Positions 12,910 to 22,474 of a DNA stretch of 64,000 bases are shown here, piece after piece. Below the pieces are notes generated by a model. That model ran no database searches and was not told where the DNA came from. It saw only the letters and a list, made by a program, of their open reading frames with translations. Position 1 is the first letter of the stretch; each line of letters opens with the position of its first letter. The translations under genes and the position numbers were made by a program. The stretch comes from an uncultured delta proteobacterium (GTDB taxonomy: Bacteria; Myxococcota; Myxococcia; Myxococcales; Anaeromyxobacteraceae), in the NCBI GenBank assembly GCA_963766715.1, contig CAVYBH010000015.1:224001-288000 (forward strand). Direction: 5' to 3'.

Positions 12910-12916
12910 GCCGGAG

Positions 12917-13015
12917 CGTTCACCATTGGAACACCTCGGCGATCCCGCCCGGGTCGGTCGGGAGCGCCGCACCCGCCGACATGCCGGATCGGAACAGACG
13001 ACCGGGAATGGAACG
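12917..13015. promoter_or_regulatory. candidate enhancer dyads between divergent sigma54 promoters
   Basis: CGTTCA-N5-GGAACA (12917-12933), CATGCC-N5-GGAACA (12980-12996), CGACCG-N5-GGAACG (12999-13015). Confidence 0.5.
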
Positions 13016-13047
13016 CGCTCCCCGACCCGGCCGGGGGGAAATGTCGT

Positions 13048-13062
13048 TGGTACGCCACTTGC
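13048..13062 (+). promoter_or_regulatory. sigma54 promoter for the rightward EPS operon
   Basis: TGGTACGCCACTTGC, one mismatch from the TGGCACG-N4-TTGC consensus. Confidence 0.8.
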
Positions 13063-13076
13063 CAGGGAAGCCGACC

Positions 13077-14188
13077 ATGAACCGGCGACTTCGAGTGGCG
13101 CAGCTCATCCAGTACTACGGCATCGGCGGCATCGAGCGCATGGTGGAGGGGCTCGTCCCCGCCTTCCATGCACGCGGCGTGGATACGGTGGTCGCCGCCT
13201 ACCGGGGCGACGGCCCGGTCCGGGCCGCCATCGAGGCCCGGGGCGCCCAGGCCATCCTGCTCCCGGGGCGGGCGGGGCTCGACCCGCTCCTCCCCTTTCG
13301 CCTGTCCCGCTGGCTGCGCGAGTCCGGCGCCGACGTGCTCCACACCCACCACCTGGGACCCTTCCTCTACGGAGCCGCGGCTGCCCGTCTCGCCGGCCTG
13401 CCCCACGTCCACACCGAGCACTCCCACGAGATCTACGATGCGCCGCGGCGGCTGGAGGTCGCGAGGCGGATGGACGATCACGCCACGGTGATCGCGGTCT
13501 CCGAGGAGGTCGCCTCCTGGCGGGAGTCCAGGCTCGGCCGGCGGTGCGCCGTCATCCCGAACGGCGTGCCCGTCCCGGCCGCGTCCACGCCCGAGGTGCG
13601 GGCCCGCGCCCGCGCCCTGCTGGGCGTCGGAGAGGACGACGTCGTCGCGGGCTGCGTCGCGCGGCTGGCGCCGGAGAAGGATCACGCCACCCTGCTGCGG
13701 GCCCTGCACGCCGCGCTGCCCTCCGCCCCGCGACTTCGGGTCGCCGTCGTGGGCGACGGCGTCGAGCGCCGGCCTCTCCGGGCGCTGGCCGACGCGCTCG
13801 GCCTTGGCGACCGCGTCCTCTTCCTCGGGGCCCGCTCCGACGTCGCGGACCTGCTCCCCGGGCTCGACCTCTTCACCCTGACGAGCCGGCGGGAAGGCCT
13901 TCCCCTGGCGCTCCTCGAGGCGCTCGCGCACGGAGTTCCCGCGATCGCGACCGCCGTGGGGGAGATCCCCCAGGTGCTCTCCGAGGGCGCCGGCATCACG
14001 GTACCGCCGGGCGATCCGGCGACCCTGGCGTGGACGCTGGCTCGCGCGCCGCCCTCGACCCGGCCTGGCGCCGGACCGCGGGCGCCTCGGCGCGGCAGCT
14101 CGTCGGAGCCCGCTACTCGATGGCCGCCATGGCCGACAGCTACGTCCACTTCTATCGCTCGGCGCTCCACGCCCGGAGGGCGGCATGA
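13077..14188 (+). CDS. GT4 glycosyltransferase, frameshift near 14045
   Basis: GIGGIERMV, ADVLHTHH, VIPNGV, VARLAPEKDH, SRREGLPLALLEALAHGVPAIATAVG. Confidence 0.88.
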
Positions 14189-15351
14189 CCTGGCTCGTGT
14201 TCGGCGACGACTGGGGGCGCCACCCCTCCACCACCCAGCACCTGGCATCCCAGCTCGGACGCCAGGAGCGCGTGATCTGGATCGACTCGCTCGCCATGCG
14301 CTCTCCGCGCCTGAGCGCCGCCGACGCGAGGAGGATCTGGGATCGGCTTCGCGCCGGGAGGAAGCCGTCCCGCGCCGCTGCCGACCCGTTCTGGATGGTC
14401 CGCCCGCGCCCGCGCGTGCTGCCGTGGCACCTCTCCGCCCCGGCCGCGGCCTGGAACCGGTCGGCGATCTCGAAGGCCGTGAAGGACGCCATGGGGAAGG
14501 AGCTCCCGAAGGTGCTGGTGTCGAACCCGGTGGCGGCCCTCTACCTCGAAGGGGTCCCGCGCTCGGCGCTCGCCTACCTGCGGCTCGACGACTACGCCGA
14601 GCTTCCGGGCGTGGACCCGGGGCTCGCCCGCGTGGCGGAGCGGCGCATGCTGGAGATGGCCGACGTCGTCGTGGGGACGGCGCGCCGGCTCCTCCCGCCG
14701 GGCGTCCCTGGGCTCTACCTTCCGCAGGGGGTCGACGTCGCCCACTTCGGGCGCGTCCCGCTGGAGGTCCCCGAGCAGAAGGTGCTCGGCTTCTTCGGGC
14801 TCCTCGCCCCGTGGATCGACCTCGAGCTGATCGCCGCCGTGGCCCGCGCCGCCCCGGAGTGGACGCTCGAGTTCGTGGGTCGGGCCGACGTCGACACGGC
14901 GCCGCTCCGGTCGCTGCCCAACGTTCGCATCCTCCCCGCGGTGCCGTACTCGGCCCTGCCGGTGGTCATGGGACGCTGGCGCGCCGCCTGGGCGCCGTTC
15001 CGGATGAACGAGCTCACCGCGGCCGTGAACCCGCTCAAGATCCGGGAGTACCTGGCCGCCGGCCTGCCCACCTTCTGCACGCCGCTCCCGGAGGTGCAGG
15101 AGATCCGCGGCGTCCGCCTCGGCAGGACGGCCGCCGACGTGGCCGCCTGGCTGGAAGGCCAGGTCGCGGGCGACTCGCCGGTGTGGCGCGCCGCCCGCCG
15201 CCACGACATCGCCGGGGACTCCTGGGAAGCGCGCGCAGCCGACCTCACCCGCTGCGTCGAGTCCATCCAGGCCCGCATCCGCCTTCCCGGACCCCGAAAC
15301 GCCATCGGCGGCCGGCAGGCCGCCCTCGCCGCACCCGCCTCGGAGAAGTGA
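14185..15351 (+). CDS. GT-B glycosyltransferase (TuaH-like/GT4-like)
   Basis: FGDDWGRHPSTTQHL, LPQGVDVAHF, LGFFGLLAPWID, NPLKIREYLAAGLP. Confidence 0.8.
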   Translation: MTWLVFGDDWGRHPSTTQHLASQLGRQERVIWIDSLAMRSPRLSAADARRIWDRLRAGRKPSRAAADPFWMVRPRPRVLPWHLSAPAAAWNRSAISKAVKDAMGKELPKVLVSNPVAALYLEGVPRSALAYLRLDDYAELPGVDPGLARVAERRMLEMADVVVGTARRLLPPGVPGLYLPQGVDVAHFGRVPLEVPEQKVLGFFGLLAPWIDLELIAAVARAAPEWTLEFVGRADVDTAPLRSLPNVRILPAVPYSALPVVMGRWRAAWAPFRMNELTAAVNPLKIREYLAAGLPTFCTPLPEVQEIRGVRLGRTAADVAAWLEGQVAGDSPVWRAARRHDIAGDSWEARAADLTRCVESIQARIRLPGPRNAIGGRQAALAAPASEK

Positions 15352-15353
15352 CC

Positions 15354-17148
15354 ATGAACGAGCTCTCCCTCTGGATCGTCTTCGCGCGCCCTCTGCGGCC
15401 TGGCGCTCCTCCCTTACGCAGGCTACCCGCTCCTCGTCCTCCTCTTTCCACGGCGCGAGACCAGGCGGGGCCCTCCCGTGGACGGCGGCGTCACCGTGGT
15501 CATCCCGGCGCGGAACGAGGCCGCGACGCTGGCGGCGAAGATCGACGCCACCCTCGCCCTCGAGCCCCGCTCCCGGATCGTGGAGGTGCTGGTGGGCTCC
15601 GACGGCTCCACCGACGCCACCGCCTCCATCGCGCTCGCCGCGGCGGCTCGCGACCCGCGCGTCCGGCTCGTCGATCGAGGGGTCCGGCGCGGCAAGGCCG
15701 CGGTCATCACCGACCTGGCCCGGCAGGCCCGCGGGGAGTTCGTCCTCTTCACCGACGCCGGCGCCGAGATCTCCCCCGGCGTCCTGCCCGCGCTCCTCGA
15801 CGCCATGCGCGACCCGGAGGTCGCCATCGCCGTCCCCCGCTACGAGACCCGAGGTCACGAGGGGGGCGAGGGCGCCTACTGGCGTCTCCAGACGGCGCTC
15901 AAGAAGGCCGAGTCGGACCGGGGGCTCGTCGTCGGCGCCCACGGCGCCTGCTACCTGGCCCGCCGCGAGCGTGTCCCGCCCCTCCCCTCCGGCACGGTGA
16001 ACGACGACCTTCTCCTTCCCGCGCTGGTCCGCTCTGACGGGGGGCGCGTGGTGTACGTCCACGAGGTCGCCTCCTCGGAGGTCTCCACCTCCGGCGCGCC
16101 GGCCGTGTTCCGGCGGCTGGCCCGCATCTCGCGCGGCAACTGGCAGCTCTTCTCCCGCCACACCGAGCTGCTCTCGCCGCTCCGGCCGCGCCTCGCCTTC
16201 CCGCTGCTCGTCACCAAGCTGCTCCGCATCCTCGGCCCCTGGCTCCTCCTGGGCGCGCTGGCCACCGCCACCGTCGGCGCCATCCACCACGCCTCCTTCC
16301 GCGCCGTGCTCGCCACCGGCCTGGTGGCGCTCCTGGCCGCCTCCTTCGCTCTCTGGCGGCAGCTCCGCGGCGAGACCGTCTCCGGGCCGATCGCCCTGCT
16401 CGGCTACGGCCTCCTCGGCCAGGCCGCCACCGCGGTGGGCGCGTGGCAGGCGCTGCGCGGCGGGCAGGGCGTGGGCTGGGAGTCGGTGGACGGGGAGGTC
16501 CTGGGGGACGTGCCCCCGCCTCTCCCGCTCAGCGTCCGCGGCGCCAAGCGAACCCTCGACGTGCTCGGATCGGGGCTGCTCCTGCTCCTCACCTGGCCCT
16601 TCATGCTGGCCTGCGCCGTCGCCGTGAAGGTCAGCTCTCCCGGGCCTGCCGTCTTCCGGCAGGAGCGGGTCCGCCACGACGCGCAGGGGCGCCCGATCTC
16701 CTTCCAGATGTACAAGTTCCGCAGCATGTGGGTGGACGCCGAGGCCCGCAGCGGCCCGGTCTGGGCCACGGTGGCCGACCCTCGCATCACGCCGGTGGGA
16801 CGGTTCCTCCGCAAGGCCCGCCTCGACGAGCTGCCCCAGCTCTGGAACGTGCTGATGGGCGACATGACGCTCGTCGGCCCCCGCCCGGAGCGGCCGTCCT
16901 TCGTGAAGCAGCTCTCCGACATGATCCCCGGCTACACCGACCGCGTCGCCCGCTGCAAGCCGGGCGTGACCGGATGGGCCCAGATTCACTGTGAGTACGA
17001 TACGTCGATCGACAGCGTCCGGACCAAGGTGCTCTACGACCTGGCCTACGTGGCCCACCTCTACGACCTGCGCAGCTACCTCGGCATGGAGGTGAACGTG
17101 GCGCTTCGCACGGTGATGGTGATGGTCAAGGGAAAGGGCGCCCACTAG
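15354..17148 (+). CDS. GT2 glycosyltransferase fused to a priming phosphoglycosyltransferase (Bac_transf) domain; N-terminal frameshift
   Basis: VTVVIPARNE, SDGSTD, GKAA, FTDA, NDD, RISRGNWQ, TMs, then KRTLDV...SPGPAVFRQER...MYKFRSM...DPRITPVGRFLRKARLDELPQLWNVLMGDMTLVGPRPE...KPGVTGWAQI, all in one ORF. Confidence 0.85.
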
Positions 17149-17150
17149 CC

Positions 17151-18956
17151 ATGATCGGTGCCCGGGCCCTCGGCCTCGCGGCCGCGCTCTGCCTCGCAGC
17201 GCCCGCAGGAGCGTCGACGGGCGCGGATCCGCTCGACGCCGCCTTCGCGCCGGCCGTCGACGTGCGGGCGTCGAGCTATCCGGGGAACGTCTGGGTGACG
17301 GGGAGCATGGCCAAGGTGCGCCGGACCGATCCCCCCGGGCCGGAGCACTGGGCGCTGCTCTCCTCGGCCCGCAACGAGACCGAGTCCTTCCAGGTCCACG
17401 TGCGCGCCCCGGGAGATCTGAAGGGGGTCACGGTGGAGGCGACCGACCTCCGGGACGCCCGCAGCGGCGCCCGCATCGCCGCCGCCACCCACGTCACGGT
17501 GTCCCGCGAGCTCTACCAGCGGATCGAGCCCGGGCTCCGGAGCGACGCGAACGGTCTCTCCGGGGACGTCCCGGACGCGCTGGTCCCTGCGCGCGATCGC
17601 TTCCACGGCGAGCGGCGGAACGCCTTCCCGGCAGACGTCCCGGCCGGGGAGAACCTGAGCGCCTGGATCGACGTCCACGTCCCCCGCGGAATCCCCTCGG
17701 GATGGTACCTGGGCGAGGTCGTCGTGCGCGCCGGGGGCGCGACGCTCGCCACCCTGCCCGTCCGGCTGGAGGTCTGGAACGTGGACCTCCCGTCGACGGC
17801 GTCGCTCCCCACCCACTTCGCGATGAGCTGGAAGGGGGCCTGCGTCCAGGAGTTCGGGAGCTACGAGGCCTGCGGGCGCGCCACGGCCGCCGGCACCCCC
17901 GACGCCGGGGTCGAGCACTTCCACGTGCTCTACGCCACCTTCGCCCTCGACCGGCGCGTGTCGCTCGCCAACGTCACCTACGGTGCGCCACGCGGGGACG
18001 ACTGGAGCCACTTCGACGCCACCTTCGGCCCGCTCCTCGACGGCGCCGCGGCCACGCGCCTGCCGGGCGCGCGCCTCACCCGCTTCACCTACGGGGGCGG
18101 CGGGGACGACGCCGCGGCGATGTCCCGCTGGGCGGCGCACTTCCGGGGGCGCGGCTGGCTCGACCGGCTCGTGTACTACCGGTGCGACGAGCCCGGCCAC
18201 GGGACCTGCACCTTCGAGAGCGCCCGGGCCGAGGAGGAGCGCGTCCACGCGGCGTCGCCGGACATCCGGACGCTCCTCACCACCGACGTCGAGAAGCTGA
18301 CCACGCACGGCCTCCTCGACTCGGTCGACGTGGCGGTCCCGGTGCTCGACCGGATGCAGCCCCACGGCAAGCCCAGCCGGCGCCCGCTCTACGACGCGTT
18401 CCTGTCCCGGGGACCGCGGAAGGAGCTCTTCTGGTACCAGTCCTGCGACCAGCACGAGAGCTGCTCGAACGGGCGCATGGGCCCGGCCCAGGCCACCTGG
18501 CCCAGCTACATGGTGGACGCGTCGCCCATGCGGAACCGCGTCTTCCAGTGGATGGCCTTCCTGGAGGGCATCCAGGGCGAGCTCTACTACGCGGTCGACT
18601 ACTGCTTCACGCGCGACTGCGGCGCGCCCGGCGCCACCTCCCGCGACCCGCTCCGGTCGGTGTACGCCTTCGGCGGCCACGGCGACGGCACGCTCCTGTA
18701 CCCGGGCAACACCCGCACCATCGGGGGCAAGCACCACGTCCCGCTCTCCTCGATCCGCCTCGAGCTCATCCGGGAGGGGATGGAGGACTACGAGCTGCTC
18801 CACCTGCTCGACGCGCAGGGCGACGGCGAGTTCGCGCGCGCCCAGGCGCGGTCCTTCATCCGGCGCGCCGACGAGTTCGCCTCCGACCCGGCCCGGCTCC
18901 TCGCCGCGCGCCAGGCGCTGGGGCGGCGGCTCCACGCGCGATCGCTCGCCCGCTGA
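17151..18956 (+). CDS. secreted DUF4091/GH123-like glycoside hydrolase
   Basis: Signal peptide; RNETESFQV, PDALVP, WIDVHVP, YYRCDEP, GDGTLLYPG, SIRLELIREGMEDYE. Confidence 0.7.
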   Translation: MIGARALGLAAALCLAAPAGASTGADPLDAAFAPAVDVRASSYPGNVWVTGSMAKVRRTDPPGPEHWALLSSARNETESFQVHVRAPGDLKGVTVEATDLRDARSGARIAAATHVTVSRELYQRIEPGLRSDANGLSGDVPDALVPARDRFHGERRNAFPADVPAGENLSAWIDVHVPRGIPSGWYLGEVVVRAGGATLATLPVRLEVWNVDLPSTASLPTHFAMSWKGACVQEFGSYEACGRATAAGTPDAGVEHFHVLYATFALDRRVSLANVTYGAPRGDDWSHFDATFGPLLDGAAATRLPGARLTRFTYGGGGDDAAAMSRWAAHFRGRGWLDRLVYYRCDEPGHGTCTFESARAEEERVHAASPDIRTLLTTDVEKLTTHGLLDSVDVAVPVLDRMQPHGKPSRRPLYDAFLSRGPRKELFWYQSCDQHESCSNGRMGPAQATWPSYMVDASPMRNRVFQWMAFLEGIQGELYYAVDYCFTRDCGAPGATSRDPLRSVYAFGGHGDGTLLYPGNTRTIGGKHHVPLSSIRLELIREGMEDYELLHLLDAQGDGEFARAQARSFIRRADEFASDPARLLAARQALGRRLHARSLAR

Positions 18957-19097
18957 CCTTCGCGAGACCGGGTCCCCTGGACCCCTTCCCTTCCCGCACC
19001 CATGTGGGTGGAGCGGCGCGGCCTCCCCACGGCCGGGAAACCCCCGGGAAAGACCGGGGGCTCCGTGCGCCCGGTCCGCGATGTGGCGCCGGGCGGC

Positions 19098-19113
19098 TGG
19101 CCCAGGGGCTGCT
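19098..19113 (+). promoter_or_regulatory. sigma54 promoter upstream of the orphan receiver
   Basis: TGGCCCAGGGGCTGCT, GG-N10-GC; SD GGAGGA precedes GTG 19139. Confidence 0.55.
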
Positions 19114-19138
19114 TCAAGGGAGTGCGGGAGGAGTTCCC

Positions 19139-19543
19139 GTGAGAGGTGAGGTCGAACCGGCCGAGAGCTGGCCCGCCGTCTTCGTCGTCGACGACGACGC
19201 CTTCCTGCGCGCCCTCGTCGGCGACTGGGTCGAGGACGCCGGCTTCCGCGCCGTGCGGCTCCCCGGGGGAGAGGCCTGCCTCGCGGCGCTCGCCAAAGAG
19301 ACTCCCGTGGCGGTGGTGCTCGACCTGCACATGTGGGGCATGTGCGGCGCCACGACGCTCGACGCCATTCGCATCGCACTCCCCAACCTGCCCGTGATCG
19401 CCCTCACCGGGGAGAGCGACCCGGCCTTCGCCCTCGACCTGGTCGAGCGCGGGGCGAGCGAGTTCCTGGCGAAGCCCGTCCACCGGAACCAGCTCGTCCG
19501 CGCCCTGCTCGCGGCAGCCTCCCTGGAGTCCGCCGCCGTCTAG
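19139..19543 (+). CDS. single-domain response regulator, paralogue of the NtrC receiver
   Basis: PAVFVVDDD...GGEACLAAL...VLDLHM...LPVIALT...FLAKPV. Confidence 0.85.
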   Translation: MRGEVEPAESWPAVFVVDDDAFLRALVGDWVEDAGFRAVRLPGGEACLAALAKETPVAVVLDLHMWGMCGATTLDAIRIALPNLPVIALTGESDPAFALDLVERGASEFLAKPVHRNQLVRALLAAASLESAAV

Positions 19544-22431
19544 ACCAGCACGGCCTTCAGGTACTCGGCGGTGCGGCTGCGCCGCTCCCGCTCGACCTCC
19601 TTCGGGTCGACGGCAACGAACTTCTCGTCGGGCGTGATCTTGAAGAGCGGTTGCCCCTTCTGCACAATCGTCCCGTCGGGGCCGGTGAGGATGATCCGGT
19701 CCACCGTGCCGGAGAACTGCGCCCGGACGGTGTTGAACATCTTCATGACCTCGATGATGTAGAGCGCCTGCCCCTTGTCGAAGTGCATGCCCTCGTGGAC
19801 GAAGGGCGGCTTCCCGGGGGCCTCCTGCCCGTAGTACATGCCGCCGCACATGGCCACGACCTCGTCGGCCTTGGTGGACGGCGGGGGCACCAGCACCTTC
19901 TTCATCCGGGCCTGCAGGTCCGGATCGGAGAGGTAGGCGGGGATGGTGACGTCGAGGTCCTCCTCGACGCGGAAGTCGAAGAACTTCACCTTCTCGGCCA
20001 CCATGAAGAGCAGCCCGAGCAGCTCGTTGCCGGTCTCGTACCCCTGGTGGGCGGAGCGGATGCGGGCCCAGGTGTCGGCGTCGTAGCCGCCCTGCGGCGC
20101 CTCGCTCTCGAGGATCTCGGCGAGCTTCCAGAACTCCTGCTTCTCGAGCCCGAAGGTCTTGCGGAGCTCCTGGTAGAAGCGGATCGACTTCTGGAGCAGG
20201 TCGTTGTCGTGCGCCCAGATCACCTCGGCCGCCGGCTTCCTCGCGTCGAACGACATGTTCAGGTACGCGTAGGTGTCGTTGAGGATGCCCAGCGGGTTGC
20301 GGATCCAGGCCACCTTGCCGCCGCGGATCTCGTAGTTCTTCCGGTTGAGCGAGAGCCACCCGGCGAACAGGTGCGGATCGTCGAGCAGCCGCTCCATGGG
20401 GCGGGTGAGCAGCGTGCCCTTGCGGTCGAGCACGTCGTTCGTGGCCTTCACCGCCGACGGGTCGTCGGGGAAGTCGGCGGCGGCCTTCTTGGCGTAGTGC
20501 TTCTTCATCTCGCCGAAGGCGAACGCCACGTCGAGCTTGTTCGACTCGTCCTTCAGCTGCCCGACCAGGGTGAGGTAGGGGACGACGAAGCGCGTGGTGG
20601 GCTTGGCCATCACGTTCTGGCCGAGGAACCAGTTCACCAGGCCGTAGTGGAACTCGAGGTTGGTGGCGAGCATCACCCCGCGGAGGCTGGTGCGGGAGAG
20701 CACGCTGGAGAGCCGCTCGTAGCTCTCCAGGCGGTCCTTCCCCTCGGTGAGGAGCAGCGCGATGTTCGAGTCGTAGGCGCCGGCCACCCGGTAGCGCATG
20801 AACATGCCGGTGTCCGGGTTCACCAGGCTGATGCCCTGGTCGTCCCGGATCTCGCCCTCGACGGGCTTCGACCAGAAGCGGATGACGCCGCCGGCGTGCG
20901 GGGAGAGCGAGGCGTCGGTGGCGTTGAGCCGGGCCTCGGCGGAGGCGCCGAAGCGGGGGACCCGGGTGGGCTTGGGCAGCCGCGCCTTGTGGCGGGCGAG
21001 CAGCGCCATGGCCTCGACGAGCGACTCGACGACGAAGGAGTCCTTCGGGTCGTCGGGGTTCGTGAACTTCAGGCTGTAGCAGAGCTCGGTGACCCGGTGC
21101 TCCACCTGGATGCGGGTGTTGACCTCCATGAAGTAGTAGCGGTCGCGATCGACGATGCACTCGAAGGTGGAGGCCGAGTCGAGCCCCACCGCCGCGCCGA
21201 AGCGGGCCGCGTCGTCCTCCATGCGCCGGAGGATCTCCAGGTCGGTGGCGAGCGACTTCGCCTCGACCTCCCGGCCGGCCTTGCGGGCCGCATCGATGGC
21301 GGCGGTCAGCCCCTCCTGGGTGACCGAGATCTCGAGCAGCTTCTGCTCGTGCATCTGCAGGGAGCAGTCGCGGCCGCCCAGCGAGACGCACCACTTGCCG
21401 TTGCCGAGCAGCTGGATCTCGTTGTGGCGGGTCTGCTCGATGTTGAGCTCGACGAGGACGTTCTTGTTGTCGCCGACGCCGTTGGCCTTGACCTCGTTCA
21501 GGACCTCGCGCGTCAGCGCCGGCGCCTCGGCCGCCGCGGCCGCGATGGCCTTCCGGTCGGCGTCCTTCATGGTGAGCAGCGTGCCGCCCAGGATGCGCTG
21601 CCCCTTGCCGCCGCCGCCGCCGATGGCCTTCAGGCGCACCCGGCTCTGCGGGTACTTCGTGAACATCTCCTCGACCTCGTGCCGGACCTGCTCGCCCAGC
21701 TCGTCGATGGTGTAGAGGTCGAGCCCCTTGGCGTAGGAGGCCATGAGGATGGCGTCGGCCAGCTCGACGAGCGGCTTCTTCGCGTCGGCCAGCACCTTGG
21801 CGTCGACCGCGATCCCCTCGGCCTTGGCCAGCGCGAGCAGCTGCTCGCGGGTGGGGTGCTTGGAGAGCAGCGTGCGGGCGGCCACGTCGTTGACGCCCGG
21901 GGTCACCGAGACCTTCACCTCGAGCGCGGTGCGCTTGGCCTCGTCCTTCTTGCCGGCGCGGGCCTGGGTCCCCGAGTTGGGGCCGATGAACTTCAGGCCG
22001 GCCTTCTCGATGGTGGCCACGAACTCCTCGTCCTCGGCCATGAACCCGTACCCGGCGAAGACCGAGTCGTACCCGTTGTCGTGCGCGATCTGCACGATCT
22101 GCTGCATGCGCTCGACGCGCTCCTCCTTGGTGGCCCCGCTGTAGTCGGGCACCCGGTGGACGCGCCGGGTGTCGGAGAGCTGGCGCAGCTCGGGCGCGAG
22201 CGCGTTGGGGTAGACGATGGAGTCCTTCTCGGAGAGCAGGATCCCGTAGTGGGCAATCCCCATCTCCTCGAAGACGTCCATGGCCTCCTTGCGGATGGGG
22301 CCGCGGCAGACGATGAGGGGCTTCAGGTCCTCGGCGGCGAAGGAGCGCACCCAGGCCGAGGGCGACTGGCCCAGGCGGCGGTCCCGGTGCACGAGGGGAT
22401 TGTTCCGGTAGAGGTCGGCGGTCGCGGCCAT
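19540..22431 (-). CDS. biotin carboxylase + biotin carrier subunit of an acyl-CoA carboxylase (963 aa)
   Basis: GYGFMAED, KAIGGGGGKG, RDCSLQ, FMEVNTRIQVEH, YDSNIA, C-terminal biotinyl motif IIEVMKM. Confidence 0.9.
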   Translation of the reverse strand: MAATADLYRNNPLVHRDRRLGQSPSAWVRSFAAEDLKPLIVCRGPIRKEAMDVFEEMGIAHYGILLSEKDSIVYPNALAPELRQLSDTRRVHRVPDYSGATKEERVERMQQIVQIAHDNGYDSVFAGYGFMAEDEEFVATIEKAGLKFIGPNSGTQARAGKKDEAKRTALEVKVSVTPGVNDVAARTLLSKHPTREQLLALAKAEGIAVDAKVLADAKKPLVELADAILMASYAKGLDLYTIDELGEQVRHEVEEMFTKYPQSRVRLKAIGGGGGKGQRILGGTLLTMKDADRKAIAAAAAEAPALTREVLNEVKANGVGDNKNVLVELNIEQTRHNEIQLLGNGKWCVSLGGRDCSLQMHEQKLLEISVTQEGLTAAIDAARKAGREVEAKSLATDLEILRRMEDDAARFGAAVGLDSASTFECIVDRDRYYFMEVNTRIQVEHRVTELCYSLKFTNPDDPKDSFVVESLVEAMALLARHKARLPKPTRVPRFGASAEARLNATDASLSPHAGGVIRFWSKPVEGEIRDDQGISLVNPDTGMFMRYRVAGAYDSNIALLLTEGKDRLESYERLSSVLSRTSLRGVMLATNLEFHYGLVNWFLGQNVMAKPTTRFVVPYLTLVGQLKDESNKLDVAFAFGEMKKHYAKKAAADFPDDPSAVKATNDVLDRKGTLLTRPMERLLDDPHLFAGWLSLNRKNYEIRGGKVAWIRNPLGILNDTYAYLNMSFDARKPAAEVIWAHDNDLLQKSIRFYQELRKTFGLEKQEFWKLAEILESEAPQGGYDADTWARIRSAHQGYETGNELLGLLFMVAEKVKFFDFRVEEDLDVTIPAYLSDPDLQARMKKVLVPPPSTKADEVVAMCGGMYYGQEAPGKPPFVHEGMHFDKGQALYIIEVMKMFNTVRAQFSGTVDRIILTGPDGTIVQKGQPLFKITPDEKFVAVDPKEVERERRSRTAEYLKAVLV

Positions 22432-22474
22432 CGTGGTGGGTCTCCGGTCTCGGATCTTGGGGTTGGTCGCGGGA

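Noticed and set aside
19041..19060. Hairpin CCCCCGG-GAAAGA-CCGGGGG as a terminator
   Set aside because: No U-tract, and such stems are common by chance at this GC content.
19540..19543. Convergent genes sharing a CTAG stop overlap
   Set aside because: A common compact arrangement with no evidence of function.
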